A stretch of DNA of 64,000 bases from Patescibacteria group bacterium. Its GTDB lineage: Bacteria; Patescibacteriota; Dojkabacteria; J137. The notes below the pieces were generated by a model that did not search any database, was not told the origin of the DNA, and saw nothing but the letters and a program-made list of their open reading frames with translations. Shown piece after piece: positions 47,643 to 57,557 of this stretch; position 1 is the first letter of the stretch; each line of letters begins with the position of its first letter. The DNA is taken from NCBI GenBank assembly GCA_963169855.1, contig CAUJCN010000001.1:81828-145827 (forward strand), read 5' to 3'. The translations under genes were made by a program, and so were the position numbers.

Positions 47643-48134
47643 ATGAACACTCTTCCGAAAGCTCCAACAGACAACTCTTTATTCGAAAACCGCTCAAGAC
47701 ACGAAATTCCTTCAGATCCTGAATATAAAGAAAAAACTGCAAGATTTGGAAAATTTGCTCACTTTATAGATTTAAGCGAAGTAAAGGCACAGGTTGCACC
47801 AGAACACTTAGCTTGTTTAGAGGAAATAGAATCAAAAATGAAAGACATTCTTTGCCATAGCCAAACTATCGAAAGATTCACAAGATCAACTCAGAATAGA
47901 GGAATCTTTGCAGTTTCGGATGCCGTTGATCTTTTACTAAGAAATTTTAAAATGACATTAATAGACGCTCCAATCAGCGATGCAGTTCTAGTGAAAGTCT
48001 ACAACACTCTTTTACAGCAATCAGCTGAAGTTTTTAGAGCAGCTGGTTTTCACATAGCACTTGGATCTTCAGTAGGATCTTCCAGAAAGTTCGACATGAT
48101 TTTACATGCGAGAAGAAAGGCTGCAGAGCAATAA
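47643..48134 (+). CDS. Hypothetical protein (163 aa)
   Basis: Intact ORF. Confidence 0.45.
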   Translation: MNTLPKAPTDNSLFENRSRHEIPSDPEYKEKTARFGKFAHFIDLSEVKAQVAPEHLACLEEIESKMKDILCHSQTIERFTRSTQNRGIFAVSDAVDLLLRNFKMTLIDAPISDAVLVKVYNTLLQQSAEVFRAAGFHIALGSSVGSSRKFDMILHARRKAAEQ

Positions 48135-48194
48135 GTATAATTGTTGCCAGAAGAGGATACCAGAGCTATAATCGGGCATAATTAACAATAAAAT

Positions 48195-49748
48195 ATGAAT
48201 TCCGAAGAAGCTCTAAACATTGCAAATGTACCTTTAATTAGAAAGCCTTCCAAAACTATCCCTGATCTATTGAGAAGTCCTATTCACCAACCGGTTGGAA
48301 CAAAGGAACTATCTCCAATTGTTCGAAAGGTAGAATTTCCTGGATATCTAAACAACTTATCAAAGACAGAACAACTTATTGCTGAACTAGAAATTCCCCA
48401 CGAATCCGAAGAAGCAAAAAGATTTGTTCTATCATATATCAGTTTAATAGGAGAAAGTTTTGAGGAATCTGATATTGAGACAAAGTTTCTTAAAGCAGTT
48501 AAGATCATTGCTGATGTCGACAACCTAATCCAGTCAGGAAAAGTAGATTTACTAACTGAGTTAATAGTTTCTCTTTATTCTCAGAATCCTGAAATTCACG
48601 GCTACAAAAGATCACTTTTTGGAAAAGCCCTAATTAAATTAGTTGAGGCCAGATATACAGATTTAGAAACAGATAAGCCTGTCGAGGGTTCAATGCTAAC
48701 TGTAAAAATGAATGTTTTAGCTAATATCAAGGCTCAATTATTAGAGAAGAATATCGCTACAGTAATTCAAACTGCAGCATCACTTTTCGATAAATTAGCA
48801 AAAACTGACAAGCTTGCTTCTGTAATAAGAGAAATGTTGAAACGGGAAAACACTACAGGCATCGAGACCACTTTTGCAGAGATTCAAAATTTAAGCCACA
48901 ACAGACTACACGGAGTAGCTGCGATTATTATCTGGCAATTTAAAAAGAAACTAGAGAACTACAAAGTAGAACCCAATTCAACAGAGTCCTTAACAGAATT
49001 ACTAAACAAAATGTCTCAAGAAATCATTGATGGATGGTCAATTGAAGACATTGGTAATCCTGCTTTAAAAATTATGATTACAACTGTTTTACACCTAATT
49101 GGGTATGGGGATGATCCTAAAGGAGAAATTGTATCTGCGAAAACTATACTATTAGAAACTTACAACATGCCTGCGTTGCAGAAAGAAAAGAAAGCTTTAG
49201 AAGTTGAAACCAAAAATGAGAAAGTTGAGGAAGCTCCTGAAGCAGAAGTAATTCCTGTTGAAGAAGTTGTTGCTGAAGTTACTCAACCAGAAGAAAGAAA
49301 GGAAGACACTCAAGAAGCTCCTAAAGCAGAAGTAACTGTGGAAGCTCCTGAAGTTCTTACAGAAATCCCAGAATTAACAAGAGAAAATTACAAAGAAGTT
49401 TTGAAAGCAGCTGGAATACCAGAAGACCAGATTAAAGAAATAATGACTTATGCAGAAAGCAAATACAACGAACACTTTTTAGAAATGATTAACTTCGTTG
49501 TCAAAACAATCAAAAACGAAGGAGAAAAGTCTCCAGAAGAACTTGCAGAAGTAATTTTTGAACAACATTTTAATCTTGGATTAACTTACAACTCTCAAGA
49601 TTGGTACGCAATTTTGCGAAGATGTTCATTTGTCCTAAGGCAGAAAGTAGCCCTTGATACCCTATGGAGATTAATCAGTATTCTTTCAGTTAAGAATAAT
49701 TACAAGCAACCAACACTAAAAGTTTGGGCCAATACTCAACCAGTTTAA
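48195..49748 (+). CDS. Hypothetical protein (517 aa) with an internal Glu/Pro/Ala/Val-rich linker of about 80 aa
   Basis: Intact ORF. 'EEAPEAEVIPVEEVVAEVTQPEERKEDTQEAPKAEVTVEAPEV' is a low-complexity acidic linker between two globular regions. Confidence 0.45.
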   Translation: MNSEEALNIANVPLIRKPSKTIPDLLRSPIHQPVGTKELSPIVRKVEFPGYLNNLSKTEQLIAELEIPHESEEAKRFVLSYISLIGESFEESDIETKFLKAVKIIADVDNLIQSGKVDLLTELIVSLYSQNPEIHGYKRSLFGKALIKLVEARYTDLETDKPVEGSMLTVKMNVLANIKAQLLEKNIATVIQTAASLFDKLAKTDKLASVIREMLKRENTTGIETTFAEIQNLSHNRLHGVAAIIIWQFKKKLENYKVEPNSTESLTELLNKMSQEIIDGWSIEDIGNPALKIMITTVLHLIGYGDDPKGEIVSAKTILLETYNMPALQKEKKALEVETKNEKVEEAPEAEVIPVEEVVAEVTQPEERKEDTQEAPKAEVTVEAPEVLTEIPELTRENYKEVLKAAGIPEDQIKEIMTYAESKYNEHFLEMINFVVKTIKNEGEKSPEELAEVIFEQHFNLGLTYNSQDWYAILRRCSFVLRQKVALDTLWRLISILSVKNNYKQPTLKVWANTQPV

Positions 49749-49771
49749 GAACTAGGTGTTAAAATAATGTA

Positions 49772-50101
49772 ATGGAGAATCCTAATGCTCAACCGCTACC
49801 TGCTAATGTACTTTTAGATATTCTAGACGGAATTAGAATCACTACTACTTACGATAAAACCTTATCACCCGAGGAAATTCTGCAAACAGAGAATGCGATA
49901 AAACACCTAAGTATGCTTGGAGTAAAGGAAGTTGCTAGTTTTTTGAATGCTCTTCTAGAAACAATTGAAAAGGGTCAAAAGATTTTAGGCAGCGCTCAAC
50001 TTGCTCGAGAAGATTGTCTTCACCCTCTTACAACAAGACAAAAACAGCTTATTCTTCATCAAGTCGAAAGATACAAGTGGTATTCAGCTTCAGAACAGTA
50101 G
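49772..50101 (+). CDS. Hypothetical protein (109 aa)
   Basis: Intact ORF. Confidence 0.4.
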   Translation: MENPNAQPLPANVLLDILDGIRITTTYDKTLSPEEILQTENAIKHLSMLGVKEVASFLNALLETIEKGQKILGSAQLAREDCLHPLTTRQKQLILHQVERYKWYSASEQ

Positions 50102-50159
50102 ATCCTGCTAGACTTCCAATGTACACCAGAATTTACTAAGATAGTATAAATTAATTTAT

Positions 50160-51428
50160 TTGTCATATTTTATGAGATTCAATGTTACTCAAAGAACAAA
50201 ATTGTTCTTAATAGCAGGATCAGTCCTGTTGCTTTCATCGATTATTGCTGGAATTATTCTATTAGCTTCTAAGCAACCTTCTCAAGTTAACGATGAAGAC
50301 GAAAATCCAATTGTCGAAGTACCTATCTCTTATGCTCCACCAATTATCGACGAGGAAGAAGACAACGTTCCTATAGAAGAGTCTCCTGAAGATATTGACT
50401 ACAGAGCTCAGCACAATGCTTTAGTGGAACAATATAAAAACAAACCTAACGATGCATTATTAGGTGGAATGTTCTTCTATCAAGCTGCTTATATAAAAGT
50501 TTTAGCTGATCCTTCTACTTACACACTTACTCAAAAAAATCAAAATGGAATTGAGTTAAAAATCCATGGAGCTACTTTACTAGTAACTATCCCTTACGAA
50601 AGCTTTCCTGGAAAGTATGCTACTGCTGTAAAACTAGATCCAAACAGATTTGTAGAATTTAATAATTTATACAGAACAACTTATGCTAGTGCAGAAGGAT
50701 TTAATTACATTAGTCACGTAAGAAGTACTCAACAATGTCCTGCATTCGAAACTTCTTTCGAACCTCCTTGCTCAAGTAATACTTTAGCATTCTTATCTGA
50801 AAGTACGAATTTACAAGATTATGTAGCAATGATTCATTGTACGGGAACAGCAGAAGCTTGCGATAAAGCAGTTACATCTTTTGCTTTAGAACCTCAATAC
50901 AACACAGAAAGTATAGCTGCAACTGGAGTAGCTCATTACATGAACACAAAAGTAATAGCTAGACCAGGAAGCTACACAATGAGAGAATTAAACTTTGGAC
51001 ACCCAAGTAGCTACCCTGTACCAAACACAGCTGTTGGTCTTCAATATGAATTCTACGATCTAAATACCTTAATTAATGTTTATGAACTATCTGGAGGTAC
51101 TAGTCCATACGGAGGGTTAGATACACCTAAGAAAGTTGAAAGTGCGATTATCTCTAAAGGTTTTGAAAATGTAAGTGCCTTCGCAACAGGTACACATCAA
51201 ACAACACCTACTTATCAGTTTATTAGCAATGTAAAGAACACACCTTGTGTTGCAGGTAGTGGAGCACAAATTCCAGCTCCTTGCGCAGATATTGATGGTG
51301 TAAAACTTACAGAAATGACAAGTTCGAAGAACCCTACATACATTCAATTAACCTGTAAAGGTGTTTTCGAAGATTGTGTAAAATCTTTAGAGAGAGTTAT
51401 TTTATTTGTTGCAGCTAAGAATTACTAA
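50160..51428 (+). CDS. Hypothetical membrane-anchored protein with an acidic linker and a Cys-containing extracytoplasmic domain (422 aa)
   Basis: 'LFLIAGSVLLLSSIIAGIILL' TM helix, then a 'DEDENPIVEVP...DEEEDNVPIEESPED' linker, then a domain with 8 Cys. Confidence 0.45.
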   Translation: MSYFMRFNVTQRTKLFLIAGSVLLLSSIIAGIILLASKQPSQVNDEDENPIVEVPISYAPPIIDEEEDNVPIEESPEDIDYRAQHNALVEQYKNKPNDALLGGMFFYQAAYIKVLADPSTYTLTQKNQNGIELKIHGATLLVTIPYESFPGKYATAVKLDPNRFVEFNNLYRTTYASAEGFNYISHVRSTQQCPAFETSFEPPCSSNTLAFLSESTNLQDYVAMIHCTGTAEACDKAVTSFALEPQYNTESIAATGVAHYMNTKVIARPGSYTMRELNFGHPSSYPVPNTAVGLQYEFYDLNTLINVYELSGGTSPYGGLDTPKKVESAIISKGFENVSAFATGTHQTTPTYQFISNVKNTPCVAGSGAQIPAPCADIDGVKLTEMTSSKNPTYIQLTCKGVFEDCVKSLERVILFVAAKNY

Positions 51429-51450
51429 GTTAGAGCGTTTTAAGTGACTA

Positions 51451-51488
51451 GAACCCGTTAACCATATATGGAACGGGTTCTTTTTTAT
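51451..51488 (+). terminator. Rho-independent terminator
   Basis: gaacccgtt-aaccatatatgg-aacgggttc followed by ttttttat. Confidence 0.6.
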
Positions 51489-51503
51489 CTGTTAGAATAA
51501 TGT

Positions 51504-52313
51504 ATGAAATTCGGTAGAGATGGAATCACAGATTCTGAAATAATTAATCCTAAGATAAAATTTTTCAAAGAGAAAAGTGCAGGACAGTTCAGGCTTTTTG
51601 TTGGCGGCACCAAGATTTCCGATAAAGAAGTAGCTGATGCTTTGTACCCAAAAGGAACAAAAGCAAAAGATTATTTAAAAACATATTCGACTTTATTCAA
51701 TACAATTGAACTGAACTCAACTCACTACAGAGTTCCTTCGCAGGATAATTTACAAAAGTACATGGAGGAAACTCCAGATGATTTTCGTTTTTCTCCAAAA
51801 GTAATTCAGAATTTTTCACACTTTTCTAACCTATCTCTTCAGTTTAGTAAGTTTGTAGATTTCAAAAAAGATTTACTACCATTATCTTCTAAAATTGGTC
51901 TTACATTTCTTCAACTCCATGAAAAATTTGGTAAAGCAAGACAAGGTGAATTAATCTCATTCCTTAAAAAATTTCGCAAAGAATTTTCTGACGACTTAGC
52001 TTTAGAAATCCGCAATGGAGATTTAATAATTTCTGAACAAGTAGTCGACACTTTAGCAGAACTCGGCATTATTCTTATTATCACAGATACTCTAGGAAGA
52101 AGAGATGTTGTTCATGGAAACTTAACTACCGATAAAATGTATCTTCGATTTGTAGGAGATGAACTTAAAGATACAGATACTAAAAGACTTGATTTCTGGA
52201 TTGATACAATCAACAAAAATAAGGATAAATTGAGTGATGTTTATATCTATCTGCATATAAGTAATTTAAATAAAATGATGGAGTTCAAACAGTATATTTA
52301 CGATAGGATCTAA
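51504..52313 (+). CDS. DUF72 family protein
   Basis: 'ALYPKGTKAKDYLKTYSTLFNTIELNSTHYRVP' matches the DUF72 N-terminal signature (fYP.g....wL.yYa..FntvEiNstfY). Confidence 0.65.
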   Translation: MKFGRDGITDSEIINPKIKFFKEKSAGQFRLFVGGTKISDKEVADALYPKGTKAKDYLKTYSTLFNTIELNSTHYRVPSQDNLQKYMEETPDDFRFSPKVIQNFSHFSNLSLQFSKFVDFKKDLLPLSSKIGLTFLQLHEKFGKARQGELISFLKKFRKEFSDDLALEIRNGDLIISEQVVDTLAELGIILIITDTLGRRDVVHGNLTTDKMYLRFVGDELKDTDTKRLDFWIDTINKNKDKLSDVYIYLHISNLNKMMEFKQYIYDRI

Positions 52314-52448
52314 GCTTATTGGCAATCCTACCTTCTATCGTATATAATCGACTTAATATGAAGAAAGACGCTACAAAACAAGTTCTTCTTTGCCCTTACT
52401 GTTGTTGAGGTTCAAACTCAGATCTTATTTATTTGAACTCAACGTATC

Positions 52449-53255
52449 ATGATCACAGCCCTAATTATAATCTTTGCAATAGTCTTTGCTTACGGCCTTT
52501 TACTAGCACTCACCCAGGATTTTAAAGCTCAAGGAGTTGGAAATTCCATATTCCGAAATTCTACAAAAATTACGAATATATTGTTTGTTTATCCACATCC
52601 AGATGACGAAACCATGGCTTCTGGTGGTCTAATGAATAAACTTTCCAGAAGTCCAGATTTTAATGTTCACGCTATTACACTAACTAAAGGAGAAAAAGGT
52701 AAGGAGCTACTGAATATTGAAGATAACTTACTTGCTCAACAAAGATCTTCTGAATACTCTGAAGCAGTTGGTATTTTAGGAGTTTCTCAATACGAACTTT
52801 GGAGTTATCCCGATGGTGGAGTTTTGGAAAACAATGACTTAATGAAAAAACAAATTGAAGAATATATTTCTAAAAACAATATTCAGACAGTTATTACTTA
52901 CGAAAGAACAGGAATCTATGGACACAAAGATCATGTTGCTTTATCTAAAGCTATCAACGAGATTCAAAAAGAAAATTCAGATTTGAAAGTTTTTTACTCA
53001 ACTATGCCAGTCAGATATGAAAAGCTACTGAATTTTCCTTCACACATTAAAGATTTAGAACTAACAAAAACAACATATTGCGAAACTCCTGAATACAGGA
53101 TCAATATTTGGAGTTCTGTTTGGAATAAGTACAAAGCAGCTAGAAGTCATAAATCTCAGAAGCTGAGTCATGGATATCCTCTTTGGCTTCCACTTTTCTT
53201 ATTACCTTTTGAATACTATACTACAGTGTATGAAGATCCAATATCCAAATTCTAA
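52449..53255 (+). CDS. PIG-L/LmbE family N-acetylglucosaminyl deacetylase with an N-terminal TM helix
   Basis: 'ILFVYPHPDDETMASGG' is the HPDDE signature. Confidence 0.7.
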   Translation: MITALIIIFAIVFAYGLLLALTQDFKAQGVGNSIFRNSTKITNILFVYPHPDDETMASGGLMNKLSRSPDFNVHAITLTKGEKGKELLNIEDNLLAQQRSSEYSEAVGILGVSQYELWSYPDGGVLENNDLMKKQIEEYISKNNIQTVITYERTGIYGHKDHVALSKAINEIQKENSDLKVFYSTMPVRYEKLLNFPSHIKDLELTKTTYCETPEYRINIWSSVWNKYKAARSHKSQKLSHGYPLWLPLFLLPFEYYTTVYEDPISKF

Positions 53256-53308
53256 CATCAAAGAATTTAGAAATTTGTAATTGGGTATTAGATATTAAAA
53301 TTATTATT

Positions 53309-54700
53309 ATGAAATTATACGATTCACTAACTCGAGATATTAGAGATTTTAAACCAATAGAAGAAGGTAAGGTACGAATGTATACTTGTGGACCTACAGT
53401 TTACAGCTTTGTAACAATAGGCAACTGGCGAACTTATACACTCGGTGATCTAATAAACAGAACGCTTGTGTACCTCGGATACGATATCAACTACGTAATG
53501 AATATTACCGATGTCGGGCATTTGACTGGTGATAACTTAGGGGATGCCGATACTGGCGAAGATAGATTAGAAAAAGCAGCAAAGAAAGAAAGGAAGACTG
53601 CATGGGATATTGCTGAATTCTACACAGAAGATTTCCTAACTGGATTTAACAAAATGAATCTTATTAAACCAAAAGTTTTTTCTAAAGCAACTGAACATAT
53701 AGATGAACAAATTAATCTTGTAAAAGAAATAGAAGAAAAAGGCTTTGCTTACAAAATTGCAGATGGAATTTATTTTGATACTCAAGCTTACGAAGTAGCA
53801 GGAAACAAATACGGCGAACTTTCTAACTTGGATCAAATCAAAGAGGGAGCTAGAGTTGAAATTAACGAAGAGAAAAAAGATCCTAGAGATTTCGCTTTGT
53901 GGAAATTCTCACCAATTGATGAACAACGGGACATGGAGTGGGAAAGTCCATGGGGCAAAGGATTCCCAGGATGGCATATTGAATGTTCCGCAATGAGTAT
54001 GAAGTACCTGGGGGATCAGTTAGACATTCATGTGGGAGGCGAAGATTTGAGATCAACGCATCATCCTAATGAAATTGCACAGAGCGAAGCAGCAACAGGA
54101 GCGAAACCATTTACAAACTACTGGATGCACGGAGCATTTCTTACTGTTAATGGCGGGCGAATGGGGAAAAGTTTAGGTAATGCCTACACAGTCACAGATA
54201 TAGAAAATGAAGGTTATAATTTGATGGCTTTAAGATACTTTTATCTTGGTGGTCATTACAGAAAACAATTGAACTTTACATGGGAAGCTTTAGAGGCTGC
54301 TCAGAATGCATATAAGAAAATCGTTTCCAGTTTACGAGGTTGGGTGAAAGAGTTAAATTCTAATGAATTGTTTAGAATCAATACTGATTATAAAATTAAA
54401 TTCACAGAAGCATTAAACGATGACTTGAATATGCCTCAAGCTTTAGCCGTTTTGTGGGAAGTGGCAAAAGACCAAAGCTTAGATGCAGAAACAAAAGTCT
54501 CAACTATCTTAGATTTTGATAGAGTTTTAGGATTAAAACTTGAAGAATCAATTTCACAACCTGAAGAGTATTCCCTAGAAGTTCAGAGTTTAATAGAAGA
54601 AAGAAATCAGGCAAGAGCAGATAAGAATTGGAGCAGAGCAGACGAGATCAGAGATATTCTCAAAAATGATTTCGATGTCGAATTGAAAGATAAAGCTTAA
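53309..54700 (+). CDS. cysS: Cysteinyl-tRNA synthetase
   Basis: 'YTCGPTVYSFVTIGNWRTY' is the HIGH region as TIGN. 'GWHIECSAMSMKYLG' is present. 'RMGKSLGN' is the KMSKS variant. The whole length is collinear with bacterial CysRS. Confidence 0.9.
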   Translation: MKLYDSLTRDIRDFKPIEEGKVRMYTCGPTVYSFVTIGNWRTYTLGDLINRTLVYLGYDINYVMNITDVGHLTGDNLGDADTGEDRLEKAAKKERKTAWDIAEFYTEDFLTGFNKMNLIKPKVFSKATEHIDEQINLVKEIEEKGFAYKIADGIYFDTQAYEVAGNKYGELSNLDQIKEGARVEINEEKKDPRDFALWKFSPIDEQRDMEWESPWGKGFPGWHIECSAMSMKYLGDQLDIHVGGEDLRSTHHPNEIAQSEAATGAKPFTNYWMHGAFLTVNGGRMGKSLGNAYTVTDIENEGYNLMALRYFYLGGHYRKQLNFTWEALEAAQNAYKKIVSSLRGWVKELNSNELFRINTDYKIKFTEALNDDLNMPQALAVLWEVAKDQSLDAETKVSTILDFDRVLGLKLEESISQPEEYSLEVQSLIEERNQARADKNWSRADEIRDILKNDFDVELKDKA

Positions 54701-55206
54701 CTCTCTGAAACTTGATGAGCTAAGCCTGCATTCTTCATAGATCTGATGAAATTTGGTATTGAATTACTATTACTACTTTCTAGAGTTTTTATTCTATCGT
54801 CTATAATTGCTAACTGCTGACCAATACTGATGCCCAATTTTGTTTTTTGAAAACCCTGAGCATCCTCACCCAATTGATTAACAAATACTTGAGTACTATC
54901 CACTATCTGTCTCATCCTCAATCCATAATACCTTCGGTGAATTGCTTCGCCAATTGCATGAAGACTTAATCCAATCATGTTTTTTTCGTTGAGTTGACCA
55001 CTAAGCAAATAGTTTAAAATTCCTTGAGCAAAATTGATTCTTGAAACCACCCTAGAACGTTCAAATTTTTCTGACACAGATCTTTTCTGCTGATTCAATT
55101 TTGCGATGTGATCCCTAAGAGATTGCTCAAAACTTTCATGATCTGTAAAAATAACATTTCTTTCGAAGACACCAGTTCTAGAATATCCGACTAATGCTCT
55201 GTCCAC
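54697..55206 (-). CDS. Hypothetical protein (169 aa)
   Basis: Intact ORF. Confidence 0.4.
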   Translation of the reverse strand: MDRALVGYSRTGVFERNVIFTDHESFEQSLRDHIAKLNQQKRSVSEKFERSRVVSRINFAQGILNYLLSGQLNEKNMIGLSLHAIGEAIHRRYYGLRMRQIVDSTQVFVNQLGEDAQGFQKTKLGISIGQQLAIIDDRIKTLESSNSNSIPNFIRSMKNAGLAHQVSES

Positions 55207-55576
55207 CTAGGAAGGTAACGTAATCTTCGTCTGTGAATCTTTCAAATAATACTGAGAGTCTAATGTTATAAGCCCTAAGCATTTTTACTATAGCCGACAT
55301 GTCCGACCCTTTACTTCTAAGATCCCTAACTACTACCAATAAGCCTCCTAGGATTTTCGTCTTACTTCTAATACCTTGAGATAACATTTCGCTGAGAGTT
55401 CTAAGATTTCTTGTTGGAGTATCTACTGGGTCTATTGCTAGCTCTTTTGATTCTGGGATTAAGGATAACGGATCGAAAGACACCAATGAGCTTTCAGGGT
55501 TTGAATTTTCAGCCATATAATTTAGTGTAATTGTCAGAATTATAGCACATTTATTGACGTTGTAACTTGGCGACAA
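55178..55576 (-). CDS. Hypothetical protein (132 aa; an alternative start at 'MAENSNPE' is possible)
   Basis: Intact ORF overlapping the downstream gene by 29 nt. Confidence 0.4.
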   Translation of the reverse strand: MSPSYNVNKCAIILTITLNYMAENSNPESSLVSFDPLSLIPESKELAIDPVDTPTRNLRTLSEMLSQGIRSKTKILGGLLVVVRDLRSKGSDMSAIVKMLRAYNIRLSVLFERFTDEDYVTFLGGQSISRIF

Positions 55577-55635
55577 GGACCAGCTAATTTGATTAAAGTT
55601 ATTGATAAAACTTCCTTATCTGATAAACTATATTT

Positions 55636-56835
55636 ATGAACATGAACGAATTAAACAGAGCATTAATAGACAACTACGACTTACTACTAAAGGGTGTAGA
55701 AGCTTCTGGCGAGGATAGAGATGAGGTCACAGCTTTATACTCCACAGCTGTTTCCCTGTACAATTTGAAAAATTCTAAGGTCGGAAATGGAGCGCTAGCT
55801 TCGACTGACTTTGATTTCTACTCAGAAGCATCCGGGAGCATGGTACGGCAACTTCAGGCTTCAAAAAGTATACGAGAGATGATTCATCCAGTGGTTTTAA
55901 AAATGTTTTTGAAAGAATTCGGAACCATTCCTAAACACTCATTTATATCGAGAATGCTGTTTGCAGACCCCGATTTAACAGATGAAACAAAGACTGGTAT
56001 TACCGAAGGTTCAACTAGAGAAGATCGGAGAGTATTTTCAAATAATTTGTTTAGTTTCTCAAATAAAATTGCAAGGTACTTGAAACCACTAGTTGACCAA
56101 GGGATCGATATAGATCTCTTTGCCAATATCATTCAGCAGCCAATGTCTATCTGGATCTCTTTCTTGGGTGAAAGTACTCAATCCGAAAGCATACAACCTG
56201 TAGATCAACGAGTTTTAGATAATGTAAAAGAAATTGAATCAATAACCATAGAAAACGTAATTAGCACTACTGGAACTGAACTGTTCGATCAGACCACAAT
56301 CGACAATCCTAATAATGATGAACAGAAAGATATTAAATTAATTTTTGATATTTCTAAGTTACTTGTTTATTTAAGAATGAAAGCAAATGAAAAAGGAATA
56401 GGAGCTATGAATAGTCAAACATTTGATACTTTTGTTGATTTTTCGCCAGGGAATCCATTCACAGAAGAACTATATAAATCAAAAACTTTCCTAACATATT
56501 TGATGGAAGCATGTAATAATCGTTTTCCTCTCCCAGCGGAATACAAGGAAACCGCTATTCAGACCCTACTGTCTTTAGCTCTAACCGAAGATAGTGAAGT
56601 CAGGACGAGACTAGTAAGTGGATTAGATGCAAAACTAATAGAAGTCCTGAAAAGCTTTACAAAAAGTATCTTCGATTTCCTAAAGAATCCAGATAATGTT
56701 TCGCTACTAAAGCCTATCAACGATGCAACTAGGACACAGGACTTAGCGATTCTTGGACTAAATTTAATTTTAGGTTTCAGAAGAACTTTGTCAAATACAG
56801 AAACAAAACTCTCTAGAATTGTAAGGCCTAAATAG
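55636..56835 (+). CDS. Hypothetical protein (399 aa)
   Basis: Intact ORF. Confidence 0.45.
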   Translation: MNMNELNRALIDNYDLLLKGVEASGEDRDEVTALYSTAVSLYNLKNSKVGNGALASTDFDFYSEASGSMVRQLQASKSIREMIHPVVLKMFLKEFGTIPKHSFISRMLFADPDLTDETKTGITEGSTREDRRVFSNNLFSFSNKIARYLKPLVDQGIDIDLFANIIQQPMSIWISFLGESTQSESIQPVDQRVLDNVKEIESITIENVISTTGTELFDQTTIDNPNNDEQKDIKLIFDISKLLVYLRMKANEKGIGAMNSQTFDTFVDFSPGNPFTEELYKSKTFLTYLMEACNNRFPLPAEYKETAIQTLLSLALTEDSEVRTRLVSGLDAKLIEVLKSFTKSIFDFLKNPDNVSLLKPINDATRTQDLAILGLNLILGFRRTLSNTETKLSRIVRPK

Positions 56836-56885
56836 TCCTGTACATTAAAGATTTCATAACACTCCGTGCATGCTATACTTCGTAC

Positions 56886-57557
56886 ATGCAAAAGAATTTG
56901 ATTAGAAATGTATTTTTAGCCGCAACGGGATTAATTTCAGGGGCAACGATTATAGGTAATCTTATACGAGAAGATGGGCTTGATTGTGCAAATGGAAGAT
57001 TGGATAGAACTGCTTTAGGGCTAATTAACAATTTTAGTAATATAGAAAACATTAATGTAGACGTAGATAATACTTTGCTAATATCTGGCAAACGCATCAC
57101 ATACGTCGACGAACTATCACTTGGGATGGGGTTCCTTACTGAAACTCCTCATTACTATGAAATTGTAGATACCCTGAACTTCATCTTAAACAATATCCAA
57201 GGATTCATGATGAAGGGAGCAACAGGAAAAGAGAATTTACAATTTTCTGTAGTTTGGAATTCAATATATCCACTTTGCCAGACTCCTAAAATTGGAGTGC
57301 ATAGATATGGCTACGGATTTCAATTTGTTTCCGAAGATAAAGTTCTCAAAGCAAAGTTAAAAATTCAGGATGATCCTGATCATCAACTGCCTTCAATTTA
57401 CGTTAGCGTGACAGCAGTAGAAGGACAGGCAGAATGGATATTTTTGGATCAAATTAGAGATATTGCAAACAACGATCTTGAAATTGTTGAGGATATTCAA
57501 AACTTAAAAAATTATGCGAGAGAGCTCTTAAAAGAGGATCAACCCAGAGAACAGTAG
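56886..57557 (+). CDS. Hypothetical protein with an N-terminal signal/TM segment (223 aa)
   Basis: 'VFLAATGLISGATIIGNLI' hydrophobic N-terminus. Confidence 0.45.
   Translation: MQKNLIRNVFLAATGLISGATIIGNLIREDGLDCANGRLDRTALGLINNFSNIENINVDVDNTLLISGKRITYVDELSLGMGFLTETPHYYEIVDTLNFILNNIQGFMMKGATGKENLQFSVVWNSIYPLCQTPKIGVHRYGYGFQFVSEDKVLKAKLKIQDDPDHQLPSIYVSVTAVEGQAEWIFLDQIRDIANNDLEIVEDIQNLKNYARELLKEDQPREQ

Noticed and set aside
52400-52440. Inverted repeat gaggttcaaac...gtttgaactcaac upstream of the PIG-L deacetylase gene as a terminator.
   Set aside because: It has an imperfect stem with a bulge, a long loop and no downstream T-tract. At most it is a weak regulatory hairpin.
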